A stretch of 28,344 nucleotides of DNA from Pseudomonadota bacterium. Lineage in GTDB: Bacteria > Pseudomonadota > Gammaproteobacteria > Burkholderiales > Burkholderiaceae_C. How positions within the stretch are numbered: the first letter of the stretch is position 1; every line of letters starts with the position of its first letter. Both the position numbers and the translations under genes were made by a program. The notes beneath the pieces are model-generated. The model did not search any database and was not told where the DNA came from. It worked only from the letters and a program-made list of their open reading frames with translations. This document shows positions 24,837 through 28,344 of the stretch, in pieces. The stretch lies in contig JBEBBB010000136.1 of the NCBI GenBank assembly GCA_041158605.1, positions 1 to 28,344 of the forward strand, in the 5' to 3' direction.

Positions 24837-25319
24837 ATGCACAACCTCGATCTCGAAGCCCGGGTCCACAGCGAACACCCCGAGGCCCTGCGGCTCTGGT
24901 TGCGCCTGCTGACCTGCACCCAATTGATCGAGCGACAGGTTCGCTCGGGTCTGCGCGAACACTTCGACACCACCCTACCCCGCTTTGACCTGATGGCCCA
25001 ACTGGAGCGCCACCCGGAGGGGTTGAAGATGAAAGAGCTGTCCCACAGGCTCATGGTGACTGGCGGCAACATCACCGGCATCACCAACCAACTGGAAGCG
25101 GAGGGCTTGGTGGAGCGCGTCGAAGTGGCAAACGACAGGCGCGCTTTCCGCGTGCGCCTGACCCCAGCCGGGCACGCCACGTTCGCCGCCATGGCCCAGG
25201 CCCACGAGGCCTGGATCGTTCAAGCCTTCGAGGGCCTATCCCCCACCGACATGGACCAGCTGCACCACCTGTTGGGCCAGGTCAAACAACAACAACGCCA
25301 ACGGCAGCGACGCCCATGA
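24837..25319 (+). CDS. MarR family transcriptional regulator
   Basis: [53 protein letters not shown] winged helix. Confidence 0.95.
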   Translation: MHNLDLEARVHSEHPEALRLWLRLLTCTQLIERQVRSGLREHFDTTLPRFDLMAQLERHPEGLKMKELSHRLMVTGGNITGITNQLEAEGLVERVEVANDRRAFRVRLTPAGHATFAAMAQAHEAWIVQAFEGLSPTDMDQLHHLLGQVKQQQRQRQRRP

Positions 25320-26170
25320 AACACCCCATCACCGACCACAACCCCATGCGGGGCCAGTACCACGTCCAGGGCCAGCGGCCCCCTGTGCATTTTGCGTGCG
25401 AGGTACACCATGGCGTGGCCACGGTCAGCCTGAACCGGCCAGAGCGCAAGAACCCCCTCACCTTCGACTCGTACGCCGAGTTGCGCGACTGGTTCCGCGC
25501 TTTGCCCTACAGCACGGACATCAAGACCGTCGTGCTCACAGGTGCGGGTGGCAACTTCTGTTCGGGTGGTGATGTACACGAGATCATCGGCCCCCTGACA
25601 CGCATGGCCATGCCCGAGCTGCTGGCGTTCACCCGCATGACGGGCGACCTGGTCAAAGCCATGCGCCTGTGCCCCCAACCCATCGTGGCGGCGATCGATG
25701 GGGTGTGCGCCGGGGCCGGCGCCATGCTCGCCCTGGCCAGCGACATCCGCCTGGGCACCGAGCGCAGCAAAACCGCGTTTCTGTTCACGCGGGTGGGCCT
25801 GGCCGGGGCCGACATGGGAGCCTGCGCACTGCTGCCGCGCGTGATCGGACAAGGCCGCGCCAGCGAACTGCTGTTCACTGGCCGGGCTATGGCCGGCGCA
25901 GAGGGGGAGCGCTGGGGGTTTTTCAACAGCTTGCACCACCCAGACTCCCTGCTCGCAGCCGCACAACAACTCGCTGCACAGTTGGCCGAAGGCCCCACTT
26001 TCGCCCACGGCATGACCAAAACCATGTTGCACCAAGAGTGGGCCATGACCTTGGACCAGGCCATCGAAGCCGAGGCGCAAGCCCAAGCCATCTGCATGCA
26101 AACCCAAGACTTTCACCGCGCGTACCACGCCTTTGTACAGAAACAAACACCGGCTTTCGAGGGAGACTGA
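25316..26170 (+). CDS. Enoyl-CoA hydratase/isomerase (crotonase) family protein
   Basis: [33 protein letters not shown] overlap with marR. Confidence 0.92.
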   Translation: MKHPITDHNPMRGQYHVQGQRPPVHFACEVHHGVATVSLNRPERKNPLTFDSYAELRDWFRALPYSTDIKTVVLTGAGGNFCSGGDVHEIIGPLTRMAMPELLAFTRMTGDLVKAMRLCPQPIVAAIDGVCAGAGAMLALASDIRLGTERSKTAFLFTRVGLAGADMGACALLPRVIGQGRASELLFTGRAMAGAEGERWGFFNSLHHPDSLLAAAQQLAAQLAEGPTFAHGMTKTMLHQEWAMTLDQAIEAEAQAQAICMQTQDFHRAYHAFVQKQTPAFEGD

Positions 26171-26171
26171 G

Positions 26172-27368
26172 GTGCACCACACTGCCCCGCTCGAACACCT
26201 GGCCTTGCCGTTTTTTGGCCCCGAACACCGGGACATGGCCCCCGCACTCGCCACCTGGGCCACGGAGCAGGTGGTTGACGAAACCGATGACCGGGCCGCC
26301 TGCCGCACCTGGGTGCGGGCACTGGGCGGTGCCGGCTGGCTGCGATACTGCGTGCCAGGGGCGTGGGGGGGTGCACTGCCCGGGTTGGACTCGCGCGCGC
26401 TGGTGCTAGCCCGCGAAACGCTGGCCTTTCACAGCCCCTTGGCCGATTTCGCTTTTGCCATGCAAGGCCTGGGCTCGGGTGCCATCACGTTGGCAGGCAA
26501 CCCTGAACAACAGCAACGGTGGTTACCACCCGTTGCCCAAGGCCACGCCATCGCGGCGTTTGCCCTGAGCGAACCCGAGGCCGGCTCCGACGTCGGCGCG
26601 ATGCAAACCACCGCCACCCCAGACGCGGGCGGGTGGCGTTTGGACGGCACAAAAACCTGGATCAGCAACGGCGATCTGGCCGATGTGTACGTCACCTTCG
26701 CCAAAACCGACCCCACAGCCGGAACCCGCGGCATCAGCGCTTTTGTGGTGCCGGCCGGTCAAGCCGGGCTGGACAGCAGCGCCCACATCCAACTGATGGC
26801 GCCCCACCCCCTGGCATCCCTGGTGTTTCAGGGGTGCCAACTGCCTGGCAGCGCCTTGCTAGGGCCGCTGAACGGCGGGTTCAAGCTCGCCATGCGGACA
26901 CTGGACATTTTTCGGGCCTCGGTAGCTGGCGCAGCGTTGGGAATGGGGCGCCGGGCGCTGGCCGAAGCGGTGGCGCACGCGCAAAAACGGCCCCTGTTTG
27001 GCCAACGCCTGGCCGACTTCCAACTCACGCAGGCCCGGCTGGGCGAGATGGCCGCCCTACTCGATGCCGCCGCTCTGCTGACCTACCGGGCCGCCTGGTT
27101 GCGCGACACCCAACCGGCAGGGCAACCTTTGCCCCCCACGTACACAGCGGCCGCAGCCATGGCCAAAATGACCGCCACCGAAAACGCCCAAAAGGTCATC
27201 GACATGGCCCTGCAAATGCACGGCGGCCTGGGCGTCCAGGTGGGGCAAAAGATTGAAAGCCTGTACCGCGACATTCGGGCTTTGCGCATTTACGAAGGCG
27301 CCACAGAAGTCCAGCTGCTCATCTTGGGCCGCCACGTTCTCCAGTCCACCGGGAGTCCACCCACATGA
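26172..27368 (+). CDS. Acyl-CoA dehydrogenase family protein
   Basis: FALSEPEAGSD, LDGTKTWISNG, R.LFGQ.LADFQ, QMHGGLG, RIYEGATEVQ (catalytic Glu). Start at GTG 26172, just after the crotonase stop. Confidence 0.94.
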   Translation: MHHTAPLEHLALPFFGPEHRDMAPALATWATEQVVDETDDRAACRTWVRALGGAGWLRYCVPGAWGGALPGLDSRALVLARETLAFHSPLADFAFAMQGLGSGAITLAGNPEQQQRWLPPVAQGHAIAAFALSEPEAGSDVGAMQTTATPDAGGWRLDGTKTWISNGDLADVYVTFAKTDPTAGTRGISAFVVPAGQAGLDSSAHIQLMAPHPLASLVFQGCQLPGSALLGPLNGGFKLAMRTLDIFRASVAGAALGMGRRALAEAVAHAQKRPLFGQRLADFQLTQARLGEMAALLDAAALLTYRAAWLRDTQPAGQPLPPTYTAAAAMAKMTATENAQKVIDMALQMHGGLGVQVGQKIESLYRDIRALRIYEGATEVQLLILGRHVLQSTGSPPT

Positions 27369-28344
27369 CCGTCGCACCCGCCAAAAGCGCACAAACCGAC
27401 ACCTATGTGCACGACCGCTTGCCACCCATAGCCCAGTGGCCGCAACTGGTCTACAACACCCCAGAGCTGCAGTTCCCGCCCCAGGTGAACTTGGTGGCGT
27501 GTTTGCTGGACCAGGCGGTCCACCACAAAGGGTGGGGACGCAACCCCCTTTTTAAAACCGACCAGGGCGATTGGACCTACGGGCAAGCTTTGGACGAGGT
27601 CAACCGCATCGCCAACACCTTGACCCAGGTGCACGGGCTCGTCCCCGGCAACCGGGTCTTGCTGCGGGGGGGCAACACCGTTACCATGGCCTTGGCTTGG
27701 CTGGCGGTGGTCAAAGCCGGTTTGGTGGCCGTGGCCACCATGCCCTTGTTGCGGGCCAAAGAGCTGACCGAGATTCTCACCAAAGCCCAACCCCAGTTGG
27801 CCCTGTGTGAAGACCACCGGTGGGCCGAACTGCACACGGCCCGGGACAACTGCTTGCCCCAAATGCCCGTGCTGGCCTTCGGCAGCGGCCCCCAGGTCGC
27901 TGGGTCGCTGGAGGCCTTGGCTTCTGTGCAAGCGCCCCACTTCACCGCCTGCCCCACCGCCGCCACCGACACCGCGCTGCTGGCCTTCACATCTGGCACC
28001 ACCGGCCGCCCCAAAGCCGCGGTGCACACCCACCTGGATGTGCTGGCCGCCTGCGAAACGTGGCCGCGCCACGTGCTACAGCTGCGCCCTGAGGACACCG
28101 TGACAGGTACCCCACCCCTGGCATTCACGTTTGGTTTGGGTGGGCTGTTGTTGTTCCCCATGTGGTCTGGGGCCTCGCTGTACCTGCCGGCGCAGGCGTA
28201 CACACCCGAGTCCATGGTGCACACCATGCGGCGGGTGGGTGTCACGGCCTGCTTCACAGCGCCCACGTTTTACCGCCAAATGGCCCCGCACGCCCAGGCG
28301 GTGGGCCTGCCCTCGCTCCGCGTCGCGGTCAGCGCTGGCGAGGG
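27365..28344 (+). CDS. abmG: 2-aminobenzoate-CoA ligase (AMP-binding), 3'-truncated by window
   Basis: Open from ATG 27365 (ATGA overlap) to the window end: SAQTDTYVHDRLPP..GNRVLLRG..ATMPLLRAKEL..FTSGTTGRPKA..PPLAFTFGLGG..TAPTFYRQM..SAGE. Not in the ORF track. Confidence 0.85.
   Translation, partial: MTVAPAKSAQTDTYVHDRLPPIAQWPQLVYNTPELQFPPQVNLVACLLDQAVHHKGWGRNPLFKTDQGDWTYGQALDEVNRIANTLTQVHGLVPGNRVLLRGGNTVTMALAWLAVVKAGLVAVATMPLLRAKELTEILTKAQPQLALCEDHRWAELHTARDNCLPQMPVLAFGSGPQVAGSLEALASVQAPHFTACPTAATDTALLAFTSGTTGRPKAAVHTHLDVLAACETWPRHVLQLRPEDTVTGTPPLAFTFGLGGLLLFPMWSGASLYLPAQAYTPESMVHTMRRVGVTACFTAPTFYRQMAPHAQAVGLPSLRVAVSAGE

Noticed and set aside
1-28344. KOPS-like GGGNAGGG octamers as a replichore-polarity signal
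   Set aside because: Found on both strands (e.g. + at 1206, 2742, 11621; - at about 23304 and 24973), so uninformative at this scale.
1-28344. Mobile elements, defence systems, tRNA/rRNA, riboswitches
   Set aside because: No transposase, integrase or toxin-antitoxin motifs, no cloverleaf or recognisable aptamer, and composition looks uniform; this appears to be vertically inherited core chromosome.

Overview
28.3 kb of GC-rich core chromosome from a betaproteobacterium (Burkholderiales, Comamonadaceae-like; inferred from gene content and protein sequences). No mobile element, tRNA/rRNA, CRISPR array or obvious pseudogene was seen. Gene order: 3' end of a LysM protein gene, dprA, DUF1631 protein, secF-secD-yajC, a YtfF-type DMT transporter, fused indolepyruvate:ferredoxin oxidoreductase divergent from an Lrp/AsnC regulator, a MASE1-CHASE-GGDEF-EAL protein, dienelactone hydrolase, marC-MFS-slyX-TIGR03862 flavoprotein, vanZ-like gene, a conserved hypothetical, an orphan Bug/TctC receptor and a DUF1840 protein. 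The window ends in the CoA-dependent aerobic anthranilate (abm-type) operon: monooxygenase/reductase, MarR, crotonase, acyl-CoA dehydrogenase and a truncated CoA ligase. The most interesting signals are mostly non-coding: (i) an oppositely oriented DnaA-box pair plus an IHF-like site at 20178-20252, a datA/DARS-like candidate rather than oriC; (ii) a terminator-like hairpin directly in front of the dienelactone hydrolase RBS; (iii) perfect palindromes at the abm and ior/lrp promoters. In the proteins, the abm crotonase lacks both canonical catalytic glutamates and the hypothetical carries an HxCHWxC motif. All assignments come from reading motifs by eye, without database searches.
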